A model generated the notes under the pieces. That model searched no databases and had not been told where the DNA came from. It was given only the letters and a program-made list of their open reading frames with translations. Positions 63,596 through 64,000 of a DNA stretch of 64,000 nt are shown here, in pieces. The stretch spans positions 12,534-76,533 of the IMG/VR virus record IMGVR_UViG_2695420523_000009; one strand, written 5' to 3'. The DNA comes from a virus. Taxonomy: Duplodnaviria > Heunggongvirae > Uroviricota > Caudoviricetes. Position numbers and translations under genes: made by a program. The stretch's first letter is position 1. The number at the start of each line of letters is the position of its first letter.

Positions 63596-63862
63596 ATGAC
63601 GTTAACCGATAAACAAAAGGACATCATCAAAACGCTCAATCTCGGTTATGAGCGAGGTCATCTACTTGACCTGGACGAATTGCTTGAAGTTTTGCCGTAC
63701 AAGACAACCAAGCAAAGTATCCAGTTCTCAATTCGCGCTCTGATAAAAAAAGGGCTGGTGGAGAAAGGGCATACGCGCCAACGCAGTGACAATCGCTATC
63801 ACCGCCGAACTCTTGGGTTAACTACTTTAGGTCGAGCCAAAGCGAAGTTACTGGTGATGTAA
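63596..63862 (+). CDS. putative winged-helix DNA-binding protein
   Basis: 88 aa; IRALIKKGLVEKGHTRQRSDNRYHRRTL resembles a wHTH recognition helix and wing. Confidence 0.45.
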   Translation: MTLTDKQKDIIKTLNLGYERGHLLDLDELLEVLPYKTTKQSIQFSIRALIKKGLVEKGHTRQRSDNRYHRRTLGLTTLGRAKAKLLVM

Positions 63863-64000
63863 TCGGTCTGGGAGCTTATTTAAAGACCTGCTTCTGGGTG
63901 ATGCTGCCAACTTACTGATTTAGTGTATGATGGTGTTTTTGAGGTGCTCCAGTGGCTTCTGTTTCTATCAGCTGTCCCTCCTGTTCAGCTACTGACGGGG

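Overview
Working from sequence alone (no database searches were possible; all family assignments are from motif recognition and memory), this window reads as the replication / nucleotide-metabolism region of a large enterobacterial phage or phage-plasmid, with one apparently host-derived block. The + strand carries a long run of phage-type DNA-metabolism genes: CobT-like vWA protein, CobS-like AAA+ ATPase, DnaE-type polymerase, gp32-like SSB, flap endonuclease, RecA-like recombinase, SbcD/SbcC, RuvC-like resolvase, NrdA/NrdB, thymidylate synthase, DHFR, a nucleotide kinase, a DnaQ-like exonuclease, two orphan adenine methyltransferases and RNase HI. Embedded at 18.6-20.9 kb is a plasmid-type iteron replicon: a RepA-like initiator flanked by 21-bp-periodic iterons, GATC-rich 13-mer repeats and DnaA boxes. 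That combination suggests an SSU5/pHCM2-like phage-plasmid, but this is inference. Positions 46.1-49.4 kb encode proteins that match E. coli Mrp(ApbC) and MetG almost residue for residue, sitting inside the phage backbone and preceded by an SOS-box-regulated UmuD'-like gene; this is either a real host-gene capture or an assembly chimera (the contig has an N-gap at 38253-38290). Candidates for an undescribed system, in rough order of interest: (1) a translationally coupled ParB-like / ParB-like / ABC-ATPase / GNAT operon at 60.7-63.6 kb; (2) a tyrosine recombinase lacking an arm-binding domain next to a perfect 13-7-13 inverted repeat; (3) an A-rich, T-poor 1.3 kb non-coding tract bounded by a second, distinct 22-bp-periodic repeat family; (4) two genome-wide palindromic intergenic motifs that look like operators of a dedicated regulon; (5) AT-rich cargo islets encoding membrane, lipoprotein and secreted proteins. 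Most small ORFs are hypothetical, and several start codons were re-assigned from the ORF track on the basis of RBS and upstream terminators.
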